A DNA stretch of 62,310 nt, the filler included, from Globobulimina sp. (Eukaryota): NCBI GenBank assembly GCA_003354225.1. It is 31 parts of 31 records of this genome, joined end to end, with 100 filler letters (N's around TTAATTAATTAA, not from the genome) between each part and the next. Parts side by side here need not be neighbours in the genome. Positions count along the whole stretch, not along the records: positions 50,339 to 52,250 come from PIVH01010661.1; positions 52,351 to 54,262 come from PIVH01010662.1; positions 54,363 to 56,274 come from PIVH01010663.1; positions 56,375 to 58,286 come from PIVH01010664.1; positions 58,387 to 60,298 come from PIVH01010665.1; positions 60,399 to 62,310 come from PIVH01010666.1; 25 more parts are not named here. One strand, written 5' to 3'. The notes under the pieces were generated by a model. The model was given only the letters and a program-made list of their open reading frames with translations, searched no databases and was not told the DNA's origin. The position numbers were made by a program, and so were the translations under genes. The first letter of the stretch is position 1, and each line of letters starts with the position of its first letter. Positions 51,982 to 62,310 of this stretch are shown one piece after another.

Positions 51982-52638
51982 ATATGGTGGATATCGCTGA
52001 CATCATGAAACTGTTATTTTAATTTTTATATTCCTACGAGCACAACGAGCAGGTGAAACCCCAAATTCTGAAACCTTGCAACCTTGCAATCTCGAGCCTA
52101 AATGCCGTTTTTTCATTGAATTTTAACATTATTCAAAAAAAGAAATGCAGCAAAACTCTAAATTCTTGCTTCACAATTTTAAAATTAAAAAGTGAGAACA
52201 GACAACAGTTTGTAACATATGATAAACCTTTTGTGTTATTTGTGTGTATTNNNNNNNNNNNNNNNNNNNNNNNNNNNNNNNNNNNNNNNNNNNNTTAATT
52301 AATTAANNNNNNNNNNNNNNNNNNNNNNNNNNNNNNNNNNNNNNNNNNNNGGAGCAATAGTTTTCTTTCGGAATTCTTTCCGTAAATTTTTGAGCAAAAC
52401 ATCTTTCTTCAAAACACTATGAATTGAAAAAAAAAACATCTTTGAATAATCATTAATGTGAATAGAAAAAAAATACAAAATATTAGGAATTACAAAACCT
52501 CAATACATAAATTAGAATACCCCTTAATTTCGTTCACACAAAAAACAAACAAAAACAAAACACAAAAAATGTTTCATTTTTAGTTGACAGACAAACATAA
52601 AAAAAAACATATAGAAAAAAAATAAATACAATTATCGA

Positions 52639-54262
52639 TCATAAAACAATACAATTATCAGTACATAGCGTAGTATTTTCAACTTTATCTTCAATCATTT
52701 TCTCATCATCTTCGTCATCCAAAACCGATGAAATATTCTTTTGTTTTTTTTGCTGAGTTATAAATGAAATGTTTTCATCGGAATTATAATCATTATATGC
52801 TGCCATTGGGTCAATTCTTGACGAACTCGGCGATGCTTTCTTATTCTCGCTCTCCTCCTCATCCATGTCATCATTGATATATACCTTAACATCAACATTC
52901 GAGTCCAACTCTAACGACAACGAATTGGAATGTTTATGAAACCGCTGCAATTTATTTAGCTCTTTGCTCAAATATTGAATCTGCTGTTCATGCGCTTCAA
53001 TAATGACATCCGTATCGGATGATTTACTCTCAATTTCTCCAAATTTGGTACACAAAAACAGCAATTCATTCTTATTCAAACCTTGCAGTGATTGCTGGTG
53101 TAATTCATAGCCATTCTCATGTTCCATCAATATTTGATTCACGCGATATTCATCCACAACGCCAACAAATTCGTCGTCAGTCTCAACAATGCGATGCATC
53201 GACGAAACACTCGAATGCGGCACGTGCTCATTCAACAACTTCTGTGCAACCAATTGCAACTCGGACGAGACGCGCGAAGCCCTTCGAACCTCACTCATCT
53301 GATCAACCATATTTTGCTCCAAATCCGCCTCATCCGCATACGACAAAAACTCGCTTTTCCGAGCCACCCAACGCTTTTCTTCATCCATACTCTCTTCGAA
53401 TTCGTTCAATTTCGCCGCTAAATTCATAGGCAATTCCAAAGCAACCAAATCCAAATCAACACCGTTATCATTGCCACCATCAACACGTTGTTTCTCTAAT
53501 TCTGCGATGCGTTCATCCTTTTCTGTGATGAGCACATTTTGAGAGGCCACATATTGCCGCAACTCTTGAATCAACACATCTTTATTCACTTTTTTTTCCT
53601 GTTTGACCGGTTTGCATTTGACCAACGCACAGCACTCAGCGAAGCGCAATGTGGCCTCCGTCGATTTGCTGTTATCCACCGACGGAGCGATGGTGAACAA
53701 CACTGAAATACAAACGGAGCGGTTCAAGAATTCCGATAAAGTTTTTTTCAAACCGGTGCCGAGCGAGGCGCCTTTTTTTTTGATGCCACGCAGTTCGGCA
53801 AAGATGACTTGTAATTGGGACAAGCCGTGGTTTATACACCAAGCCTCCAAGCGACGCGCCACAATTTCTGACGGCGTGGCAGTGGATTGGTAGCTTTTGG
53901 CGTTGATAGCAGAATGTCCTTCGCTGCCCGCTAAGTCCACCACGATGTAATACGCTGTGATGTCGTTTAGTAAATGGACAGTGGTCACATAGCAAATGTG
54001 TCCGTGCGAACTCTCTGGGTTTTTGCCAGTGGGCGCAAAGTGCGAGCAACAATGTAGTGTGGCGATACTGCTTTGAATGTTGTTTGCGTGGATACGGATT
54101 TTATGCGCGTTTTTGCGAATGTTGCTGCTCGATTTCATCGCTTGTTTTTTGTCCCATTCTGGGATTTGATTGAGAGGATCGCCCAAATCGTAGGAACGGA
54201 GTTTCTGAGCGTGATCGCCAAAGGTTTCGACTGCGGAGAGCTCGATGTATTTGATAGTGGAG
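52639..54262 (-). CDS. Divergent kinesin (motor C-terminal half, coiled coil, CaaX tail), 5'-truncated
   Basis: NPESSHGH, VDLAGSE, INHGLSQL, TEATLRFA; ends CIVL*. Confidence 0.88.
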
Positions 54263-54492
54263 NNNNNNNNNNNNNNNNNNNNNNNNNNNNNNNNNNNNNN
54301 NNNNNNTTAATTAATTAANNNNNNNNNNNNNNNNNNNNNNNNNNNNNNNNNNNNNNNNNNNNTATGGAGAGACAGTAGAGGCAATAGAGTGAGGACTATT
54401 TATTAATCCACGCTGCTGGCAAGCAATCCTCGTAGACATAAGTAGACTTTAAATGTAACGGTCTCAAAAAAAACTTAGTTGAGCATAGTCTA

Positions 54493-55944
54493 ATGGAAGA
54501 ACGTTTAGAATTAGAAATGGAGGAAACTGTACATGTGCCAGTCGCAGATAAACTGAGTGTTGTGATTGGAACATATCATTGCTCGGTGGCTCAATTTGAT
54601 TTCGATTTGGAAGTGGGAACATGTAAACGTCGGTGGGTCGATGACTCCGCCGCACGAAGCATTGCGTCTATAACATTTAATGGGTTTTTTTGTATGTTTG
54701 GCGGTAATGATGAATTAGTCCGTATTGTAAATGTCGCGTCGTGTCAAAATGTTGGCGCATTGCATGAACACGAAGGCTCTATCACTCATTTACAAACCTT
54801 TCAAAACACACATTTATTGAGTTCTAGTGACGACGGAAAGATCTATATTTGGGAGATTGGCGGCGCCAATAAAAGGAAAATCAAACATAAACAAAATATG
54901 TCCAAAGCGTGGGAATGTTTGTGTTGTATGCACAATCTCAAAAAAAATAATCCAAATAATATTAATGACGCATCAAATAATTCAAATTCGAAAATATTAT
55001 CGTTTTCGCTCCACCCATCCGGCCGATTGATGATATCCATTGACAATAGACATCAAATGAAGATTTGGGATTTAATTCGAGCCAAATGCATTGTGACCAT
55101 TGTTATGCCGAAAGCAGCCATTGACATTGCATGGTCTCCCAACGGTTTTAATTATGCCGTTGTCCGCGAGAATAAAGTATTAATTTATAAAAACGATGGC
55201 GTTTTGTATAAAATTATAAAGCCGATCAATAAATTGATTGAGAATGAATATTTTGATCGTTACTGCGGAACAATTGTCTCATTTACGTTCATCACACATG
55301 ATATGGTATGCATCGCCGATATGAGCGCACGAATCGTTGTCTTTGATGTTGAGACAAAAACTGCCTTGTTCAGATTGAGTGGGCATGAATGTGACGAGGA
55401 CAGTAATGATAATAAGCTACAACATAATGATCATAGTAGGCCAAGAATAACCAATTTGAAAGTATGCGGATTGAATGATAATTTATATTTAATCTCTGCT
55501 GACAATCGCGGCCGGATTTGTGTGTGGAGTGTGCATGAATGTTTGAATCGGGTTATTATGATAAATAGTGAGAATACTATGGAGGAGGAGGATGAGGAGG
55601 AGGAGGAGGATTATATGGTGGACGAGAATGGTTTATTTACATTTGCTACATTGATACAGGTCGACACAGAAACACATATAACATGTATGGATGTGGGTGT
55701 TGTTGGGCGATTAAATGCGATGTATAAATGGAGGAAACCTAAAACTATCTATGGTGCACCACAAAATATGGAAAAAATTAATAAAACAGAGGAGAAAGAA
55801 GTGGATGAAATAAATGAGAAAGTTGTGGATGAGAATGATATCGATATTGTTGATTCTGATGAAGAATTAAAACGAGTGAAGGTAAAAAAGAAACGTAAAA
55901 AAAAGAAAAAAAAGAAAAAAATTGATTTAAGCAGATTTGATTAA
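54493..55944 (+). CDS. PAK1IP1: WD40 protein, PAK1IP1/Mak11-like (60S biogenesis)
   Basis: VVIGTY, GGNDELVRI, HEGSIT, SLHPSGRLMISI, Lys-rich tail. Confidence 0.75.
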   Translation: MEERLELEMEETVHVPVADKLSVVIGTYHCSVAQFDFDLEVGTCKRRWVDDSAARSIASITFNGFFCMFGGNDELVRIVNVASCQNVGALHEHEGSITHLQTFQNTHLLSSSDDGKIYIWEIGGANKRKIKHKQNMSKAWECLCCMHNLKKNNPNNINDASNNSNSKILSFSLHPSGRLMISIDNRHQMKIWDLIRAKCIVTIVMPKAAIDIAWSPNGFNYAVVRENKVLIYKNDGVLYKIIKPINKLIENEYFDRYCGTIVSFTFITHDMVCIADMSARIVVFDVETKTALFRLSGHECDEDSNDNKLQHNDHSRPRITNLKVCGLNDNLYLISADNRGRICVWSVHECLNRVIMINSENTMEEEDEEEEEDYMVDENGLFTFATLIQVDTETHITCMDVGVVGRLNAMYKWRKPKTIYGAPQNMEKINKTEEKEVDEINEKVVDENDIDIVDSDEELKRVKVKKKRKKKKKKKKIDLSRFD

Positions 55945-56374
55945 AATTAGAATGATTTTTTCTGTCGAATGAGTAATGAATATGTAAATTAATATTAAAC
56001 AATTAATGATTTTGATTTAAGAAAATTGATTGAAAAGATTCAGTAACTTCGTACTATCCTTTTTCAATTCATGCAAGTGCAGAGCTCGCCCTCTCCAAAG
56101 GAATAAAAAGTGAACTTATTCTAACATGGATTAGTATGTTTTCAGTACTTTCCACAGAAACGGCTTTTTTTTTACCTTGGACTAAGCGGAAGTGACATTT
56201 AGGACCACATGACATTTTATAGTATATAATTAAAGATTATTATTATAAGTCTAAATGAATAAAAATACCATCGGNNNNNNNNNNNNNNNNNNNNNNNNNN
56301 NNNNNNNNNNNNNNNNNNTTAATTAATTAANNNNNNNNNNNNNNNNNNNNNNNNNNNNNNNNNNNNNNNNNNNN

Positions 56375-56555
56375 GCCCGATTGCGGATCAATAGCACACG
56401 TAAAGATAGTGTCGTGGGTTCCAGACCATCCGCCTTCAACACAAACATCAATTGCCAGGACACCGAAATAATCACTCTGCACCCAATTACATGATGGTAC
56501 TTCCGCAGAAACAGCAACCACTAATAATAATATTGTAAATGTACTGAATATCATG
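56375..56555 (-). CDS. N-terminus of a secreted Cys-containing protein, truncated
   Basis: MIFSTFTILLLVVAVSA signal peptide. Confidence 0.5.
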
Positions 56556-56685
56556 ACTAATTTGCTAATAACGATGTTATTTGATATAACTTTAATGAGT
56601 GTGCGATGGCAACTGTGTTGAATGATATTTGATGAAGTTTTTACTATTTTATTGCGAGAGTACAAAACATCAGAAAACTTTAAGC

Positions 56686-58238
56686 ATGGCACAACAACAC
56701 TCACCATCACAAATTGGAGAAGATGAACCAAATGGATCATTTGATTTTGATCAATGGATCGCAACAAATGGTTTTGACTCCATAAAACAAGCATTTATTG
56801 ATCATAAGGTCATAAGTTTAAGTACATTAACATTCAGCAATACAAATGTTGGTTCGTTGATGGCCGATCCTAAAATACTGCAAAATCCAATGCTTATTCC
56901 TAAAATCGTGACTCAAATTCAAGCATTACAAACAGCGAAATTAGTATTTGTTTCAAATAACGAAAAAGAAATATTATCAAACATTCAAACATACTTTGAT
57001 GATGTTGGGAGATTGAATGATGAACTTAAAGAAATGGAAAATGAATATGAGAATAAAAAAATGAAAAATTCAAAAGAGATGAAACAATATCATCAAAAAT
57101 GTATCGCAAAAATGTTTCAGAAATTAAGAGCGATTATTGATGAGATACAAAATAAATATAACCAAAAAATTGATGAATATAAAAATAGAGTAAAATTAGT
57201 TGAGAAAGAATATGCAAATCAGCGGCAATTATTGGATGGAAATATGAATGAAATCCATGACATTGTGAGTAAAGAAAAAGCGTTTTTAAAACAACAAATT
57301 GAAAAAGGCAAAGCAGTGTTGTCCAAACATAATGGATCTCAAAATCAAGAAAGACAAGAAAAAATCGAGGAAATTGGAAAAGACAGCACAGAATATCATA
57401 AACAAAAAATGAATGAAATTAAACAGAAACAATCCAAAATACAAAAATTCATTAAAGATCCCATATCATTTGGTTTTACAACGAATGTTGACCATGGCAA
57501 TGAAGAGAAAATGCAAGTATTTTCATTGAAAATCGATGATGATTTGTTCAATATTAATGATTTTAGTTCGAATTCCTATTTAAGTGATGTGATTATGGTG
57601 AAATCTCTTTATACAAAAACAGAGACAAAATCTAGAAAAGAGGAGAGAATGAAAAAATTTGAGAAGGAAATTACAATGAAATGTGAAACTCAGATAAATC
57701 AGTTATTGACGCAAAACGAAGTATTGAATCAGACTGTAAATGATTTGCAAAGTTAAGTCAAGTGTGTTGGCAATTTAATCCATTTGTTGTTTACTCAAAG
57801 TAAATTGTTTATAATTATGGCATTCATAGACAAATATGATGATTTACAGCGTGATTTACAAGAGATAAAACAAAACAAGATTGCAAACAAAACGAACAGC
57901 AACAAAACAGAGCAACAACCACCACCACAAAACTTAAACTTAATAGTAAAGGCTCCGGACGGATCACAAGTATGTTTATAATAACAATCAATAATAAATA
58001 AATAAAACGATCGACATAAAATCAACTAAAATAACTCTAGGTCTACTTTAAAGTTAAAAAAACAATGAAAATGAAGAGATTAATGGATGCATATTGCTCG
58101 CGACTTGGCAAAGAAGCCGGTTCAATACGATTTTTATTTGATGGTGAGAGAATTGCTCCGGATTCAACCCCGGAAAATCTTAAGATGGAGGATGAGGACG
58201 TGATGTATACAAATCTGAACCTAACTCAACAGATGTGA
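56686..58238 (+). CDS. SAM-like plus coiled-coil protein with a C-terminal SUMO-like domain; introns 57752-57829 and 57970-58040
   Basis: Spliced LNLIVKAPDGSQ|VYFKVKKTMKMKRLMDAYCSRLG...RFLFDGERI..DSTPENLKMEDEDV. Confidence 0.8.
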
Positions 58239-58479
58239 ATATTCCAAAGATCTGCAAAGATTACAAAAGGAGCAAAGTTTCAATTANNNNNNNNNNNNNN
58301 NNNNNNNNNNNNNNNNNNNNNNNNNNNNNNTTAATTAATTAANNNNNNNNNNNNNNNNNNNNNNNNNNNNNNNNNNNNNNNNNNNNTACAGTAAAAAACA
58401 GTAATTTCAAACTGAAAAGCAAAAAGTTAAATGTTACCTTTAACATTTTATTATTAACCTATTTTCCTTCCCAAAAACC

Positions 58480-58527
58480 CTATTGAAGAAGATTTGGGTT
58501 CAAATCCCAATCATCACAGTTTTTTTT
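58480..58527 (+). pseudogene. tRNA-derived remnant (3' half with intact B-box/T-arm)
   Basis: TTGGG-TTCAAAT-CCCAA, TCATCACA, T8; 18 nt identical to 8772-8789. Confidence 0.6.
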
Positions 58528-58758
58528 AGTTTTTTTGTGTATTTTTTCATTTGTATACTTTTTAGAGATATTTATCATTTATGAAACGGAGTGATTTTAG
58601 AGGTACCATTTATGGTCGGTAGTGATGTTGTTTGAAGTAAAACTTTAAAAACTCGAAAATAATAACTCACAATAAATAATTAATATATTGAATCTTTGTT
58701 CTTAAGTTAAAATTAATTAAATATATTAGCATTAAATATTGCATGACACCAAACAAGC

Positions 58759-60081
58759 TTATTTTTGTGGAACATTAACCAAAAGTTGTTCTTTGGTTTC
58801 ATGAGCAAAAGGTGTCTTTTTCCGATACTGTTTGGTATATTTCAGAAACGGTATTTCCATCAAAATGAATCCAATCAAAAGTAAGAATGTGCCGGATATC
58901 GCCATCAATGTTACATTAAACCCCTGGAAGATGACATCAATAAAAAAAGTGATTGGCACAACCAATAATTGTGTAACAGCGACAAAAACAGGATTTGTGA
59001 ACGATATGGCCACCAAAAATGCGGCTGCATAGACTGTGTCCATTACTGATGTCAATACAATACATAATATATCATCAGATTTATTGGGAAGTTCAAATAC
59101 TTCAATTCCGTAATAATTTAAAACAATGAGTGGCGGCCACAATGTCAGCAAACATGCTAAGCCCATCATGCCTTGCATGAAAAACATATCTTTAATTCGA
59201 TTCCATTTATTATTTGCATACTGATTATCATTTTGTGTGTTGATGAAATATTTGTTTCCATAAATTGATGACGATACTTCCACCAAAGCAAAACCCAAAG
59301 TGGCTATTAAACATTCTATTATTCCATACCATGTATTTGATTCGCTATTATCCGATGTCCCGCTGCTTCCAAATGCGATCAATGCGACACCTCCCAAACA
59401 GAACAAAACTGAAATGTTTTTAATCAATGCCATTTTATACGTTTTTATGAATAATACACTGAATATATATGCCATGGCAACCGATGACTGATAAATTGTA
59501 TTATTGACAGCAGCGATGGTTGCATCCAATGATAAATACCAACTGTAACCGGATATATTATACAATATTGATAAAAAAAACGATGACAGCATTGTATTTG
59601 AAACAATTTTATTTCGATTAAGTCTGCATTTATTTAGCAGCAAATATACAATCAACATAATGGAATAACATGATCCAACACAATATCGTAGAAAATATGG
59701 TTTATTGTAATTACTGCTTAATAATGGAATAGTTTCTATGTATATTGCATATATAAAATAATAAATATATTTTTATTCAATAAAAATGATGGTTTTATAA
59801 TGGAATTTACCTGACATTAACACCCATGTTGATACACAAATGAACATACAAAAAGCACCAGCGACAGTGCTTGCATTTTTTGGAGTGGGGGAATGATGGT
59901 TATCGATGTGTAGATTGCTGAGATGGTCCGGTTCAATTTCATTGGTAGGACTCTCTATGAGTAATTTATCCGGTTCAATTCCATTGGAATTGTCATCTGC
60001 GTCACTGGCAGCAAAAAAGGATCTAGTCGTCATCTGAACTGTTCTGTCAGATCTGAAGTTTTTTCTGGGCACTCGAGGCAT
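58759..60081 (-). CDS. EamA/DMT (SLC35F-like) transporter; intron about 59810-59730
   Basis: YSWYLSLDATIAAVNNTIYQSS, TNPVFVAVTQLLVVP, about 10 TM helices. Confidence 0.85.
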
Positions 60082-60398
60082 TAACTGTCTTTATCAAAAA
60101 GCTATTTTAAAAGTATAAAATTATCGGCAAATTACCTATTTTTATAATTATAAATGCTGCAATTATGAATGCAGCAGAACCTATAGGGTTTTTGCTTTTA
60201 GTTCATTTCTTCAATGAACGCTTTGATAATTGAAGAAAAAAAAACTTTTGTCATTTAGAAACATAACATTTTGCTTTCGTCATGGCACTCAGCGAATTNN
60301 NNNNNNNNNNNNNNNNNNNNNNNNNNNNNNNNNNNNNNNNNNTTAATTAATTAANNNNNNNNNNNNNNNNNNNNNNNNNNNNNNNNNNNNNNNNNNNN

Positions 60399-60701
60399 AA
60401 TTCCTGAGTAGAAGTTATTATTTCAGTACCAAAATATCGTAAAAGTTGGTCATAAGCAGGTTGATTGCGAAATTTTTGCACCAATACGATCTTTCTGATT
60501 ATATTGTCTTGAAACATACTCGGCCAAGCTTTTAAGAGCTTTGTCAAGAACGTTGTTTTACCTAAAATTCGTTAAAATTGTACTTGCCTTATTTTCAGGA
60601 AAATGTTATATACCTGTTTGACTGGCACCCATTATGGCCATGGAAAATGGTAAATTCGGCATAATTTGAACACTAGTCGTGCCTTCTATTACATGACTCA
60701 T
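60399..60701 (-). CDS. A32/FtsK-like packaging ATPase, N-terminus; intron 60613-60562
   Basis: Spliced PFSMAIMGASQTGKTTFLTKLL..F...IRKIVLV..NQPAYDQL. Confidence 0.82.
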
Positions 60702-60738
60702 AGCTGACAGCAAAGATTTTATTATTATAACGATAAAA

Positions 60739-61266
60739 TTAAAATTGACAATTAAGCAATCGATTCTTTTCTGCTAACTGGTTCTGGCAGGGATTGGGAA
60801 ATTTGTTGCGAAACCAGTGATACACACTGACGTCATTTGTTTTCAAATCATTGCCAAACCACGACAACAGGTCAGAAAATCGATATCCCATAGCCAAGTA
60901 GAGTGCGAAGAAAATAGAGTACAAGGGACAAGTACACGAATTGGGCCCTTGTATTCGTTTCTGATTAACTTCTACTTCTTGAACACCAATAACAGTTTTC
61001 AAAGCAAATTTTATTTTATCGTCCACTTCAGTAACACTTGTAGAATCGAACAAAATTACATGAGTATTATTGTCACAAAATAACAGCAGAAAGTGGCCCA
61101 AATTTTGATTTTTGGGAACATCGAGTAAAATAAAAATATTAGCCTGACCATATATGTACAGGCTTTTCAGAGAATTAGACAAATTTGACAAATCAACACA
61201 AGCACGGAAATAAGGTTTAGTAAGGGAACAATTTTTCAAAATTTTTTCTATCTGTCCACAATCCAT
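60739..61266 (-). CDS. Adenain-like (Polinton-type) cysteine maturation protease, intronless
   Basis: MDCGQIEKIL..YFRA, GHF, FDS, RIQGPNSCTCPLY, DLKTNDVSV; H/D/Q/C in the expected order. Confidence 0.82.
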   Translation of the reverse strand: MDCGQIEKILKNCSLTKPYFRACVDLSNLSNSLKSLYIYGQANIFILLDVPKNQNLGHFLLLFCDNNTHVILFDSTSVTEVDDKIKFALKTVIGVQEVEVNQKRIQGPNSCTCPLYSIFFALYLAMGYRFSDLLSWFGNDLKTNDVSVYHWFRNKFPNPCQNQLAEKNRLLNCQF

Positions 61267-61288
61267 CCTATTATTACAATGACACTTG

Positions 61289-62310
61289 TCATGGTATAAA
61301 CTCTGTGGTGACATCCAAATTGTTTTTCAAATAAATGACCGAATGGTATTCCTGAAACATGAAAATCTTGAAAAATGGCGCCATTTTTGAATTTTTAAGC
61401 TTACCATAATCAAAATGTATGTCGTAGCCTCCTGTATAGCATCTCTATAGTCCACATGTAATTGTAAATCACTGACTCTTGGCATATCAGCAATTGATGG
61501 GTCTGAGCTGCGGGACATGTCAAAGCTGATCAAACCATAACCACCCTGTAATAAAAGGAAAACAATAAACAATGTAGAGTGCAGTGACATCCATACACAT
61601 ACCATGAAATCGTTTATAATTATTCCATTATCCCGGCCCTGGTCAGTCAAAAACCCAAGGCACTTTTTGGTTTCCAAGTATATCTCATTCACTTTTCGGA
61701 CATCCGGTTTGTACGGCAAACTGGGATAAGTGTCAGCTCCAGAAACCAGCTTTATTTCACTGATGTTAGACATATAAATGCGCCAAGGTCTAAAAAATTG
61801 AGTAAATATGAAAGGAAATAAATAAATTGTGAGCCACAAACATACGTAGTTTCATAAGTTCCCACTCGACGATCAGTACTGACAACAAACAAGAACACTT
61901 TCGATGGCAGCAATCGGTCAGTAAAGATCGTTTCACGAATCGTTTGTGTCCCGATCTGTTTGGAAAATTCATAAACTTGTTGCCAGGTGACAGGATATAT
62001 GGCAGGGGTTACTGACAATCCACTCAAAATACTCAAGTGAAGTTCTGTGTTGAGTCTGATCTTGTTATAGAATAAACTTATGCTCTCTATAAGACCATTG
62101 ATTTTGTATTTAAATTCACAATAAAATAGACTGACTTATGACTATTTTCTGATTTCGATTTGCAACGACTCCTACAGCGCTCCTGACCACAAACTTTGCT
62201 TTACTTGGTTGAAGTGTAAATGAAAGATCGACTGTGGGAATGATAAGCCGATGTTGTTTGGTTATTGGGCTCACTATAGGCACCAACATATTTATGTCTT
62301 CTGATCCAGC
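61289..62310 (-). CDS. Polinton-type double jelly-roll major capsid protein, C-terminal half; introns 62135-62087, 61845-61790, 61602-61546 and 61404-61352
   Basis: Spliced product: KQHRLIIPTVDLSFTL..KIVIKSISLFYNKIRLN..AIYPVT..LPSKVFLFVV..GTYETTPW..YPSLPYKPD..DNGIIINDFMGGYGLISFDMS..EYHSVIYLKNNLDVTTEFIP*. Confidence 0.8.

Larger units (their letters stand above)
60399..62310 (-). mobile_element. Polinton/Maverick-like endogenous virus, morphogenesis module (MCP-protease-ATPase)
   Basis: Three co-oriented hallmark genes with 22-bp and 37-bp gaps. Confidence 0.85.

Noticed and set aside
58480-58527. Functional tRNA gene
   Set aside because: No 5' acceptor strand or D-arm here, and the 8743 copy lacks the anticodon arm
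1916-60398. Regularly spaced TTAATTAATTAA as a biological repeat, and ORFs ending in X..LIN
   Set aside because: Artificial linker between size-sorted contigs
61267-61314. Protease start at 61314 overlapping the capsid gene
   Set aside because: These bases are largely the capsid's last exon; MDCGQIEKIL at 61266 fits the family N-terminus better

Overview
This is not one locus. It is 31 unrelated contigs of 1912-1915 bp, sorted by length and joined by 30 artificial 100-bp linkers (N44-TTAATTAATTAA-N44), so adjacency across a linker carries no information. The DNA is AT-rich, gene-dense and eukaryotic, with short GT-AG introns (about 47-130 nt) and the standard code. The supplied ORF track ignores introns and uses alternative starts, so I rebuilt many gene models by hand. 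The gene repertoire is most reminiscent of a foraminiferan/rhizarian protist (inference); other eukaryotic or bacterial DNA may be mixed in. Housekeeping genes include Josephin, a long-chain acyl-CoA synthetase, LONRF, G-alpha, a P450, PP1, eIF4G, an HMG-box protein, beta'-COP, a cyclic-nucleotide-type K+ channel, S1P lyase, a kinesin, MAK11/PAK1IP1 and transporters. The standout is the last contig (60399-62310): a tightly packed Polinton/Maverick-like virion module (major capsid protein, adenain-like protease, packaging ATPase). It carries five spliceosomal introns, one of which splits the ATPase Walker A motif. Other notable items: a RelA/SpoT-like domain fused to SAM; an ADP-ribosyltransferase-like domain with His replacing the usual Arg; a caspase-like protein with a possible split PH domain; a CaaX-tailed kinesin; a SUMO fusion; an inverted pair of orphan paralogs; hairpin minisatellites; and a tRNA-derived repeat visible only by combining two contigs. 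All family assignments come from motif recognition, not database searches.
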